Below, one piece after another: positions 10,283 to 19,348 of a stretch of DNA of 64,000 bases. The notes beneath the pieces are model-generated. The model did not search any database. It saw only the letters and a program-made list of their open reading frames with translations, and was not told where the DNA came from. Numbering within the stretch: the stretch's first letter is position 1; each line of letters starts with the position of its first letter. Position numbers and translations under genes: made by a program. Source of the stretch: an uncultured Verrucomicrobiae bacterium. Its GTDB lineage: Bacteria; Verrucomicrobiota; Verrucomicrobiia; Chthoniobacterales; JAFAMB01. Location: NCBI GenBank assembly GCA_963813025.1, contig CAWEXO010000016.1, positions 32,001 through 96,000 on the forward strand. Direction: 5' to 3'.

Positions 10283-11350
10283 CTACGGTGCGGGTTTTTC
10301 CAGAGGTTGACCCAAAGCAACCGGCGTGCCGAAATTGGGTGTCCCATCGGCGTTCCAGGTGAAGCGCTGGATGCGTGGCGAGCGAAGGTTGCCGCAGCCT
10401 TCGCCCGGCCCCGGATTGGCGTGGTAGATAATCCAATCTTGCTTACCGTCGGGCGACTTGAAGAAGCCATTATGTCCCGGTCCGAAGGCCCCGACCATCG
10501 GGTCCGTCGAGAGGAACGGGTGGTTGAACTTCGTCCAACTTCTGCCATCGAGCAGGTTCGCACCAACATTCGCCTGAATGAGGCCCAGCGCGTAAAAGTC
10601 CGTCCAGCATCCCGAAGCCGAGAACACGATGAAAATCTTGCTGCCGTGCAACAGCGCTTCCGGGCCTTCATTGACATTGACGTGCCTGCCGGGCAGGTCA
10701 CCGTGCTTTTCCCAAGGATAGGTCGGTTCCGAAATCAGTGTGCGTGGCGAATCGATGGTCCACGGATTACTCATATGAGCAATGAAAAGGTCCTGCTCAC
10801 CGTCCGTATCGCCTTTCCAGCCAGACCACACGAGATAGTGTTCACCGTTCAGTTCGAAGATTGTCGGGTCGATAGCCCATTTATCGCTGGAATCGCTAAC
10901 CTTGCCCTTGAAAGTCCACGTGCCTTCGATCGGATCGTCATTGCCGTTCTCGACGACATAGATACGATGAGAAGCATTGTCGCCGGCATCGGCGGCGAAG
11001 TAGAAATACCATTTGTTGCCCCAGCGATGGAGCTCGGGCGCCCACACCTCGTTCGACCATGGCTGTCCCGGCTCAGGTGTCCAAACCGCCTTCTTCTCTG
11101 CGTGTCCTAGGTCCGTGATATCCGCTGTTTTGCGAAGAGTCAGGTTCGTGCCAGATGAATTCGAGTAATAGTAGAACCCCCGCCACCAAACCACCCACGG
11201 GTCAGGCCCGGTCTGCAGCAGTGGGTTAGTAAAAGTATCGCCCGGGGCTGCCGAGGCACTCTGGGGCGTAAGAGTCACTTGGGCTACGCTGTCCGACGCT
11301 GCCCACGTCAGTACCGAGGTGGCAACGGTCACAATTATTGGCGTCCTCAT
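10283..11350 (-). CDS. secreted glycoside hydrolase family 43 (arabinofuranosidase/arabinanase-like)
   Basis: Signal peptide; GPDPW, WAPELH, WAIDPT, VNEGP and GPGHN. Confidence 0.9.
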   Translation of the reverse strand: MRTPIIVTVATSVLTWAASDSVAQVTLTPQSASAAPGDTFTNPLLQTGPDPWVVWWRGFYYYSNSSGTNLTLRKTADITDLGHAEKKAVWTPEPGQPWSNEVWAPELHRWGNKWYFYFAADAGDNASHRIYVVENGNDDPIEGTWTFKGKVSDSSDKWAIDPTIFELNGEHYLVWSGWKGDTDGEQDLFIAHMSNPWTIDSPRTLISEPTYPWEKHGDLPGRHVNVNEGPEALLHGSKIFIVFSASGCWTDFYALGLIQANVGANLLDGRSWTKFNHPFLSTDPMVGAFGPGHNGFFKSPDGKQDWIIYHANPGPGEGCGNLRSPRIQRFTWNADGTPNFGTPVALGQPLEKPAP

Positions 11351-11621
11351 CAGTGTTAAGATACGTCCCCTTGACAGGGATCCTTATTCCAAAATGCTGG
11401 TTTTTCAGCAGGATCAACCTTCGACATTCAATGCTCCCGCCTCATCTGAACTGCCAAGCAAGGCAAGCGCAAGCGAGAAGGGATCGCAATCCATGACGCT
11501 TTTCTGGCCGCCTCCCGAAATCCTCGCCACCTTTCTTTTTGGTTTCCAAATGTTTCCTGATAGCCTATCGGTAGGGCGGAGCGTAGGCTGACGCACGCTT
11601 GACCCCGGGAGATAATAATCG

Positions 11622-12191
11622 ATGCCACAGCGAATTGACCGGTGCCGCACAGGAATGCTTTTGCTCTGTTGCGCCTGGAACTTGGGCGCAGCTCACGCCG
11701 ATGATCTGACCACAGCCTCGGGCAACACGTTCCACAATATCGAAGTGCTCAGCCGCACTACGACAGCGCTTCTGATCCGGAGTAACGAGGGCGAGGCGCA
11801 GGTTCCCTTGAGCGACCTCAAGGAAGCGGACCGCAAGAAGTATGAGAAAAACCTGATTCACACGATTGATATGCCGGCGATCACGGTCATCGGCGAAAGA
11901 AAACCGGATTTCAGTGCGGAGCCGGAGCAGACAAAAGCTTTTACCGCTTTCGAAAAAGACATCCGCCGTCAGGATCTTGAGCGCGAGCAAGCGGCCAAGG
12001 ACAAGGCGGAGCACCCAACCTACAAGCCGTTCCAGATTACACGGAGCATCAGCATCTCTTTGAGCAACACGTCGCTAAAAGATGATCGAGCGACCACACC
12101 GGACTACCTCAATCCTTCCTACGAAAGGCTTTCTCCGGACATCGTGGAAAAAGACCTGAAGGTTTACAAGATGTCGCTTTCCAACCAGTAA
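11622..12191 (+). CDS. hypothetical secreted protein
   Basis: 189-aa ORF with a signal-peptide-like N-terminus (..AAHA/DD); no family recognised. Confidence 0.6.
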   Translation: MPQRIDRCRTGMLLLCCAWNLGAAHADDLTTASGNTFHNIEVLSRTTTALLIRSNEGEAQVPLSDLKEADRKKYEKNLIHTIDMPAITVIGERKPDFSAEPEQTKAFTAFEKDIRRQDLEREQAAKDKAEHPTYKPFQITRSISISLSNTSLKDDRATTPDYLNPSYERLSPDIVEKDLKVYKMSLSNQ

Positions 12192-12240
12192 ACAGGCTTT
12201 TTTTTAAAATACGGCTTTTCTCCTCGCTCCACGCGCCATC

Positions 12241-12789
12241 TTGGGACTGCTCTGGATCGGCTGGGCCATCTACTGGATTATCTCGGCCAGCACTAGCGCG
12301 CCGACATGCGAAAACGCGGCACGAACGACCGAGATTCTCCACCGAATTCCTCTGATGCTCGGAATCTTGGCGTTCGCGATCGGCGGAGTTCCCGCGAGGC
12401 CCAGAGCCGTCGCTGCGGTGGCTAGCTACAACGGGCGCAACATCGTCGGACTGCTTCTGCTGGCTGGCGGGCTTGCCTTCGCGATTTGGGCGCGATGCCA
12501 CCTCGGAAAACTCTGGAGTGCGCGGATTACTTTGAAGACGGATCACCGAGTGATTCAGACGGGGCCGTACGCGATTGTTCGCCATCCGATTTACAGCGGC
12601 TTGATCCTCGCTTTGCTGGGAACGGCCATCATGCTGAACTCGTGGTCGACTTATCTGGGCTTTGCCCTCATCTGTTTGTCTTTGGTGTGGAAACTCGCTC
12701 TGGAAGAACGCTGGCTCATCATTCATCTGGGCGACGCTTATCGGGAGTATCGGCGGCAGGTGAAAGCTCTGATTCCCTTTGTCTTGTGA
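12241..12789 (+). CDS. isoprenylcysteine carboxyl methyltransferase family membrane protein
   Basis: TGPYAIVRHPIYSG and EERWL..G.AY.EY. Start uncertain: TTG at 12241, with an in-frame ACG at 12211. Confidence 0.85.
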   Translation: MGLLWIGWAIYWIISASTSAPTCENAARTTEILHRIPLMLGILAFAIGGVPARPRAVAAVASYNGRNIVGLLLLAGGLAFAIWARCHLGKLWSARITLKTDHRVIQTGPYAIVRHPIYSGLILALLGTAIMLNSWSTYLGFALICLSLVWKLALEERWLIIHLGDAYREYRRQVKALIPFVL

Positions 12790-12813
12790 TCTGCCTCGGC
12801 CAATCATCTTATA

Positions 12814-13833
12814 ATGAGAGCAATCCTGGCGGGCTGTGGCTCGATGAGCAGAGAGTGGATTCGATGTGCAGAGAAACTCGGGGTCGAACTCGTCGCGTTC
12901 GTTGATATTCATCGCCTGGCGGCGGAAGAATGCGCGGCCGCCGTTGGGTTGAAACCGAGGATTTACACCGATCTGGGCGCGGCCCTGCAAGATTCGCAGG
13001 CTGAGATGCTCTTCGATTGCACAGTTCCCGTGGCGCACTACGACGTTTGCACCCAAGCTCTGGAGGCTGGTTTAGCAGTACTGGAAGAGAAACCGCTGGC
13101 CTTAAACATCAAGGAAGGGACCAGCCTGGTTCACCTCGCGGCAGCGAAAAACTCTTTACACGCCGTAATGCAGAACCGCCGCTTCAATCGTGGCGTCCGG
13201 CTTCTCCGGCAGGAAATAACGGCGGGCACAATTGGAGAGGTGACCGAGGTGCATGCCGACTTTTTCATCGGCCCACATTTTGGCGGTTTTCGGGAGGATA
13301 TGCTTCATGTACTGCTGGCTGACATGGCGATCCACACATTTGATGCCGCCCGGTTCCTTATCGGCTCGAATCCGGCCAGTGTCTATTGTGAGGAATGGAA
13401 CCCGGCAAACTCCTGGTATCGCCACGGCGCTTCCGCTCTCGCTCTTTTCAACATGGCAAACGGTGTCCGCTTCTCGTATCGAGGCAGCTGGTGCGCGGAC
13501 GGGTTCGCGACTGCGTGGGACGCAAGTTGGCGAGTGATCGGTGTACGGGGCACCTTGCTTTGGGACGGGCAGAACGATGTCCGTGCCGCCGTCATTCGAT
13601 CGACCGGAAAATTCCTGAATGATGCGGAAATAGTCAAACCGGCGCACGAGCCTGCTCCGGAAGTAACTGCCGGCCATGAGAGTGTCATGCTGCAATTCAT
13701 CAAGGCGGTAAAAGGCGGTCCGGCGCCGGAGACCGTGAGTTCCGATAATATTTACTCTTTGGCGATGGTCGTTGCGGCTATCGAAAGCGCGCAGCAGGGC
13801 CAGAAAGTGAGCGTTCAAACGGGGGACAGTTAG
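12814..13833 (+). CDS. Gfo/Idh/MocA family oxidoreductase
   Basis: GCGSM, EKPLA, QNRRF and DMAIHTFD. Confidence 0.9.
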   Translation: MRAILAGCGSMSREWIRCAEKLGVELVAFVDIHRLAAEECAAAVGLKPRIYTDLGAALQDSQAEMLFDCTVPVAHYDVCTQALEAGLAVLEEKPLALNIKEGTSLVHLAAAKNSLHAVMQNRRFNRGVRLLRQEITAGTIGEVTEVHADFFIGPHFGGFREDMLHVLLADMAIHTFDAARFLIGSNPASVYCEEWNPANSWYRHGASALALFNMANGVRFSYRGSWCADGFATAWDASWRVIGVRGTLLWDGQNDVRAAVIRSTGKFLNDAEIVKPAHEPAPEVTAGHESVMLQFIKAVKGGPAPETVSSDNIYSLAMVVAAIESAQQGQKVSVQTGDS

Positions 13834-13850
13834 TGCCGGTGCTAGTGCTA

Positions 13851-14974
13851 GTACTTAGTTGCTTTAGTTCTTTATATTTATGAAAAATTATGATTTGTTG
13901 GATGGATGGCAACGGGTTGCATCAAACTTTCTGTGGAAAACCGCAAGCTCTTGGAGGGTTGGAGTCGAGCGCAACGGGTCGAACACCGGCTCAAGGTCAG
14001 GAGTCAGATTATCTTGAAGGCGGCAGCGGGCTTGAGTGGACGTGCGATTGCCAAGAGCCTGCGCATTCCCGAGGTGACGGTGAGTAAATGGCGGCGGCGC
14101 TTTGTGCGCCAAGGCCTGGCTGGCTTGGAAGACGCGCCACGCAGTGGAAAGCCGGCCAAGTATGATCAAATGACGGTCAAGCGGGTCTTGGCGCTGCTGG
14201 ATGAAGATCCACCGGCGGGCTACGGGCGCTGGAATGGGCGACTGCTGGCGCAGAGTCTGGCCGATGTTTCCTCCGATCAAGTCTGGCGCATTTTGCGCCA
14301 ACAAGGCATTGAATTGGAACGGCGCCGCAGCTGGTGCATTTCCACCGATCCGGAGTTTGTGCGCAAGGCCGCTGACATTGTCGGTCTTTATCTCAATCCG
14401 CCCCAGAATGCGCTCATCTTGGCCATTGATGAAAAACCAGCCATTCAAGCCCTGGAAAGAGCCCAAGGTTGGATTCGCTTGCCCAATGGCAGGGCGCTGA
14501 CGGGTTTTAGCCACGAGTACAAGCGCCATGGCACCTCCACTCTCTTTGCCGCCCTCAACATTGCCAGCGGCCAAGTGCAGGCTGGTCATTACCGGCGCCA
14601 GCGCCGACGGGAATTCCTGGAGTTTATGAACCAGGTAGTTGCCGGAAATCTCGACAAAGAAATTCATGTGGTCTTAGACAACCTTGCGACCCATAAGCCA
14701 AAGCAAGATCGCTGGTTGAAGGCTCACCCCAATGTGCATTTTCATTTCACTCCAACCCACGCTTCTTGGCTCAACCAGATTGAGATCTGGTTTAGTATCT
14801 TGAGCCGCCAAGCCCTCCAGGGGGCAAACTTCACCAGCGTGGCAGAGCTGCGCAACGCCATCGACACCTTCATCAAGAACTACAATAACAATGCGGCTCC
14901 CTTCGAATGGACCAAATCCCAGGTACATCAGGGGAAAGTCGCCATACATATAACTAACTTACGCAATTAGGCAC
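13851..14974 (+). mobile_element. IS630-family insertion sequence
   Basis: Imperfect 32-bp TIRs: GTACTTAGTTGCTTTAGTTCTTTATATTTATG versus the reverse-complemented right end GTGCCTAATTGCGTAAGTTAGTTATATGTATG. TA flanks both sides (13849-50, 14975-76). Confidence 0.9.
13906..14970 (+). CDS. IS630 family transposase
   Basis: N-terminal HTH (DAPRSGKP) and DDE motifs IDEK, EYKRHGT, LDNLATH, PTHASWLNQIE; uninterrupted. Confidence 0.95.
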   Translation: MATGCIKLSVENRKLLEGWSRAQRVEHRLKVRSQIILKAAAGLSGRAIAKSLRIPEVTVSKWRRRFVRQGLAGLEDAPRSGKPAKYDQMTVKRVLALLDEDPPAGYGRWNGRLLAQSLADVSSDQVWRILRQQGIELERRRSWCISTDPEFVRKAADIVGLYLNPPQNALILAIDEKPAIQALERAQGWIRLPNGRALTGFSHEYKRHGTSTLFAALNIASGQVQAGHYRRQRRREFLEFMNQVVAGNLDKEIHVVLDNLATHKPKQDRWLKAHPNVHFHFTPTHASWLNQIEIWFSILSRQALQGANFTSVAELRNAIDTFIKNYNNNAAPFEWTKSQVHQGKVAIHITNLRN

Positions 14975-15023
14975 TAGTGTCAGTGCTAGTGCTAGTTAGG
15001 ATAGGCGGTGCTTCGGCGATTTT

Positions 15024-15094
15024 TCACAAAAGCCGTTTCGCGCAAAAACCGGCTCAGTACTTCGTTGAAACCGTGGGCGGCGTCAATGTTCCCA
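15024..15094 (-). repeat. diverged duplicate of the 3' end of the alpha/beta hydrolase gene
   Basis: Near copy of 15226-15296; encodes LGNIDAAHGFNEVLSRFLRET versus LGNVEAAHAFNEVLSRFLRET in the gene. Confidence 0.85.
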
Positions 15095-15107
15095 AAGAGC
15101 ACTCCGG

Positions 15108-15135
15108 GTAGCGCGGACGGCCTCGTCCGTACTCC
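15108..15135 (+). repeat. GTAG-type REP palindrome
   Basis: GTAGCG-CGGACG-GCCT-CGTCCG-TACTCC; related to copies at 49693, 49791, 49889, 50025 and 53598. Confidence 0.75.
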
Positions 15136-15225
15136 CGCTGATGACCAGTGGCTAATCGCCGATGACCTTATGACACGGGTAACGCGGAACTTGTCGCGCT
15201 GTAGTGCCGCGAAGCAGGCACGAAG

Positions 15226-16029
15226 TCACAAAAGCGTTTCGCGCAAAAACCGGCTCAGTACTTCGTTGAAGGCATGGGCCGCCTCAACATTACCCAGATG
15301 AGCTGCTTCCGGAATAGGAGAGAGTTTTGCTCCCGGAATCCTGCTTTGCATTTGGGCCGACACTTCCGGAGGAAAGCCCTGGTCGCGAGTGCCAGGAAGC
15401 AGAAGTACGGGAACCCTGATCTGATCCAGATGATCGAGTGTGTCGAGCGATTGAAGAGCCCGGCTGCAACTGATAAATCCCTCAACCGAGGTGGAACGAA
15501 TCATGCCGCCGATCCAATCCATGATCTGCCGATTTCCCGCCTGGAACGCCGGCGTAAACCAGCGCTGGAGGGTCGCATCGACAAGTGGCCCCATGCCAAG
15601 CCGTCGCGCGGTTTCGATCCGCTGTTCAATAGTTTCCTTTGCCTCCACGCGAGTACGAGCGCCGGTACTGCACAGTACCAGCGCGCTGGTGCGCTGCGGA
15701 TACTCCAGGGCGAACACTTGTCCGACCATTCCGCCAATCGACAAACCAACGAAAGCGACCTCGTCGACTCCGAGGTGATCGAGCAACGAAACGACGTCGC
15801 CAGCCAATTCGGAAAGAGTGCAGCGGTCGTTGAGAGCTTCGCTCTCTCCGTGACCGCGCAAATCGTAAATCAGAACCCGAAAATATTCCTCAAGCAAAGG
15901 AAGCTGATAACCCCAGACCTCCAGCCGAGTGGCCAAAGCGTGGCTCAGGAGGATGTTCGGGGCCTCTTCCCGGCCGATGATCGCATACGCCATTGCCCGT
16001 CCGTGATTCGAAAAAAACTGCCGATCCAT
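15226..16029 (-). CDS. alpha/beta hydrolase, 3-oxoadipate enol-lactonase (PcaD)-like
   Basis: YDLRGHGES, GLSIGG nucleophile elbow, RWFT and AHLGNVE. Confidence 0.85.
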   Translation of the reverse strand: MDRQFFSNHGRAMAYAIIGREEAPNILLSHALATRLEVWGYQLPLLEEYFRVLIYDLRGHGESEALNDRCTLSELAGDVVSLLDHLGVDEVAFVGLSIGGMVGQVFALEYPQRTSALVLCSTGARTRVEAKETIEQRIETARRLGMGPLVDATLQRWFTPAFQAGNRQIMDWIGGMIRSTSVEGFISCSRALQSLDTLDHLDQIRVPVLLLPGTRDQGFPPEVSAQMQSRIPGAKLSPIPEAAHLGNVEAAHAFNEVLSRFLRETLL

Positions 16030-16044
16030 TGGGGTGCAGCCTCG

Positions 16045-17184
16045 TTAAGCGTCTCTGACGTCATTCTGCCCACTCACCAGCTGTCTTGCGGCCGTCTCGC
16101 AGTAAACCGGATCGCCACCTCTTGGTCGGAGATAAAACTCGCTGATAATGATTTTCGTGAGTGCCGCTGCCGGCACTACGAGAATGACGCCGATCAGTCC
16201 GAACAGGGTGGTCATCGATACAACAAAAAACATAATGGTCACTGGATGCAGGTTCATTTGTTTGCCCATGACAAACGGGATCAGAACGTTGGATTCGACC
16301 TGTTGGATAAAGAGGATTGCGGCGAGGGCTAACCCAAATTTCTCCAGACCCAAGCTGGCGGCCACGAATAAAGCGGGTATTGCGGCAATCACCGCGCCGA
16401 CGATGGGGAGAAGCTCGCCAAAAAAGGCGAATACGCCGAAGGCAAAGGCAGGTTGCACGCCGACCAGTGCCAGGAGAACGCCGGTGGAGATCCCGGTCAC
16501 CAGACCCATGATCAACGTGCCGCGCGCCCAGGCGCTCATCTGGTGCATCATCCGGGCCAGGGTGCGCCGAGCCGGTTCTCTGGCTTCAATTGGAACCAGT
16601 TCGAGAGCAGCTGCCACTACCGGAACCGGGTCGCCCAAAGTAAAAACGAGCAACAAAAAAAAGAGCAGCAGATCGATCAGGCCGCCGAACGCACCGAGCG
16701 TTGAACGAACGACGAATTGGGCAGCGCCGCCGGCGTGTGCCCCGGCGGCGCTCAGCAGCTCGTTCGACTGCGTGTTGAGATAATCTTGCAACGCAGGATT
16801 GATCTGTAGCCAACCTCTCACCTGGCTGTAGATTTGGGCGCCATAGTCCGGGGCGCGCTGAACCAGTTGTTGGATTTGGTCGAGGAACCGAGGCAACAAC
16901 AGCGCGACGATCAGCCCGACGATGATGAGGATGACCAGGCCCAGCAACAGGAGCCCCAGCGAACGGTTCACGCGGCGTCTTTCCAGCATCGCGACAACCG
17001 GGTTGAAGACCATCGCCACGATAAAAACAACCGCAAAAAGAAGGAGCTGCCGCCGGAGGGTATAGGTCGCGATTGCTCCCAAGACGACGACAATGGCCAG
17101 GATTAGCCATCGGCGCAGATCATGGTAGGTAAGGCCTCCCGTCCTCTTTTCTTGTTTTTCAACAGATTCTTTCTCGATCAACAT
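16045..17184 (-). CDS. AI-2E family transporter
   Basis: Multi-TM protein with PIVG, QQVESNVLIP and LHPV motifs. ATG at 17184 chosen because the upstream extension runs into a repeat. Confidence 0.85.
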   Translation of the reverse strand: MLIEKESVEKQEKRTGGLTYHDLRRWLILAIVVVLGAIATYTLRRQLLLFAVVFIVAMVFNPVVAMLERRRVNRSLGLLLLGLVILIIVGLIVALLLPRFLDQIQQLVQRAPDYGAQIYSQVRGWLQINPALQDYLNTQSNELLSAAGAHAGGAAQFVVRSTLGAFGGLIDLLLFFLLLVFTLGDPVPVVAAALELVPIEAREPARRTLARMMHQMSAWARGTLIMGLVTGISTGVLLALVGVQPAFAFGVFAFFGELLPIVGAVIAAIPALFVAASLGLEKFGLALAAILFIQQVESNVLIPFVMGKQMNLHPVTIMFFVVSMTTLFGLIGVILVVPAAALTKIIISEFYLRPRGGDPVYCETAARQLVSGQNDVRDA

Positions 17185-17221
17185 GGAATTTTCTTTGAGT
17201 TTTGCCCGGCCTGTAGTGTGG

Positions 17222-17358
17222 AAACCACCGATTTCACCGATTTGCACAGATTTTCAAAGAACGGGATTCCTGGAACGGGAATAGAGCCGAATGTGCGACC
17301 AATGCGTCGATAAGTGATTTAGAACTTGATCTGTGCAAATCTATGAAATCGGTAGTTT
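17222..17358. repeat. MITE-like element with 30-bp inverted repeats (CACAGAT family)
   Basis: 17222-17251 is the inverted complement of 17329-17358 with 3 mismatches; related to 46561-46684. Confidence 0.8.
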
Positions 17359-17384
17359 TAATCTTTTGCTGAAATCTGCGTGGG

Positions 17385-18080
17385 ATGAAAGCCATTGTTT
17401 TCGACACGTTCGGCACATTGGTTGACTGGCGAGCAAGCATTATTCGCCAGCTGGCAGAATTCGGTCGTAACCGCGGGGTGTCGGCGGACTGGGCCGGACT
17501 GGCCGACAAGTGGCGTCGGGCGTATGAACCGTCCCTTGAGTCGGTCCGGAGCGGCGCTCGGCCATGGGTAGTGCTGGACGAGTTGCATCGGGAGTCGCTG
17601 ACCCGGCTCAACGAAGAAATGGGTCTCGGTCTCACCCAGAATGATCTTACTGATTTAACCTTCGTCTGGTATCGGCTTGACCCGTGGCCCGACGTTGTTC
17701 CCGGACTTAACCGGCTGCATCGCGACTACATCCTGGGGCCGCTTTCCAATGGCGGATACGCCATGTTAGTGAACCTCGCGCGGTTTGCCGCGCTGCCTTG
17801 GGACGCCGTTCTTTCGGTCGAATTGTTTGAGCACTATAAACCGGATCCGGCAGTTTATCTGGGAGCCTGTCGCCTCCTGCGTTTGCCGCCGGAAGAGGTC
17901 ATGCTCGTGGCCGCGCATAACTACGATCTGCGCGCCGCACAAAACTTAGGGCTAAAGACCGCTTTTGTCCCGCGCCCGACCGAGTACGGCTCGAGCCAGG
18001 ACAAAGATCTTGCGCCAGACGGCGATTGGGATTTTGTGGCGCGGGACTTGATGGATTTGGCGGTCCGGCTTGGGGCGTGA
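17385..18080 (+). CDS. haloacid dehalogenase type II
   Basis: FDTFGTLVDW, LSNG, YKPDPAVY and VAAHNYDL. Confidence 0.9.
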   Translation: MKAIVFDTFGTLVDWRASIIRQLAEFGRNRGVSADWAGLADKWRRAYEPSLESVRSGARPWVVLDELHRESLTRLNEEMGLGLTQNDLTDLTFVWYRLDPWPDVVPGLNRLHRDYILGPLSNGGYAMLVNLARFAALPWDAVLSVELFEHYKPDPAVYLGACRLLRLPPEEVMLVAAHNYDLRAAQNLGLKTAFVPRPTEYGSSQDKDLAPDGDWDFVARDLMDLAVRLGA

Positions 18081-18083
18081 AAG

Positions 18084-18238
18084 CTCGCCTTTGGAGTGCG
18101 TGCGACTTGTCGCCGCTTTGGGTCCGCGCGGAGCGCGACCGCCAACAAAGCGAATCTTTTCGGCAGAGTCTGCACGTCGTGGTTCCGTTCGCGAGCGAGG
18201 CCGCGCTCTGCGCAGGTCGCACGCACTCCAAAGGCGAG
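18084..18238. repeat. REPIN-like element with a perfect 23-bp inverted repeat (GGAGTGCG family)
   Basis: CTCGCCTTTGGAGTGCGTGCGAC at 18084-18106 is inverted at 18216-18238. A 30-bp identical copy of 18091-18120 lies at 30932-30961. Confidence 0.85.
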
Positions 18239-18324
18239 ACAGGACTGTCTGCGCAGTTTCGGTTCCTTTGGGTTGTCGCGGTGCGCTGCAACATCGGACC
18301 CGTGACTCGCGACTCGGGACTCCT

Positions 18325-19083
18325 TCATTTGTCCAGACGTACTACCAGAACTGGTAAACGCGTGGCCAATACTTCCCCGTCGGTGGAATACTCGATTGCC
18401 AAAGCAGCGCGCGTCTCCAGGCTGGCGTCGCCGGCATGGGCTCGCAATTCGGCCTTCCGCTCCGGCGAACAATTCGCTTGCCTCGTCCACCAGTCGAACT
18501 CCAGCCGGTAATGAACGATCTCCGCGCTGCTCCAACGGAATCCAGCGCTCTCGGCCAGTCGTTGCCACTCCTCCGGTGTCCGCTGGTCGTAGTGGGACGG
18601 GTCGCGGATTTGCTCCCAACGATTGATCCAGTCTTTTGATTCAGCCGTGGGAGAGATCTGATCCGCCACAACCATTCTGCCGCCAGCTTTCAGCACTCGC
18701 CGGCTCTCCTCGAGAAAGCGTTCGAGGCGGTGGAAATGATGCGGAGCATGGCGCGATGTTACCAGGGTGAAGCTTTGATCGGAAAATGGCAAAGCATCCG
18801 CCGCTGCCCTGTGAAACATGACGTTCTGGACCGCCCGTTCCGCGCTGAGTTTGCGCGCCTCCGCCAACATGCCATCGGCGATATCGATGCCAACGACCGA
18901 CTGCACCAACGGCGCCAGGGCGAGGGCGGTATGGCCTGTCCCGGTGGCGATATCGAGCACGATGTCGTTGGTCATGGGTTTCGTCAACCCCACAAGCGCA
19001 TCGAGGCTGGGACCTTCCCGATGGACCGGGCTCGCCGCGTAATTCGCGGCGATCGGGTTGAATTGTTCCGCACTGTTCTTCAT
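18325..19083 (-). CDS. class I SAM-dependent methyltransferase
   Basis: VLDIATGTG, LPFSDQSF, APHHF and RVLKAGG. Confidence 0.9.
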   Translation of the reverse strand: MKNSAEQFNPIAANYAASPVHREGPSLDALVGLTKPMTNDIVLDIATGTGHTALALAPLVQSVVGIDIADGMLAEARKLSAERAVQNVMFHRAAADALPFSDQSFTLVTSRHAPHHFHRLERFLEESRRVLKAGGRMVVADQISPTAESKDWINRWEQIRDPSHYDQRTPEEWQRLAESAGFRWSSAEIVHYRLEFDWWTRQANCSPERKAELRAHAGDASLETRAALAIEYSTDGEVLATRLPVLVVRLDK

Positions 19084-19348
19084 GCGTGTGTTTTTTCTCC
19101 GAGGATCTCCGTCAGGCTGGTGCTGAACGCCTTCTCAAAAATTGCACTCGGACGATTTGAGGACAAGGGTAGACGCTGGATTTCGGGCGGTGAGCCAAGA
19201 GGTGCGAGCATGGCGCACCTGACGAATGAGCGGTTCTTTGTGGCTATCTCGCCTCTCGCGGCGACAATACAAGCTTTAAAGGACTGACCTCCGACACGTC
19301 CTGGCTCGCCTGTCTTGCAGGCGGCTGGACCTGCCCTTAGGTTAGTCG

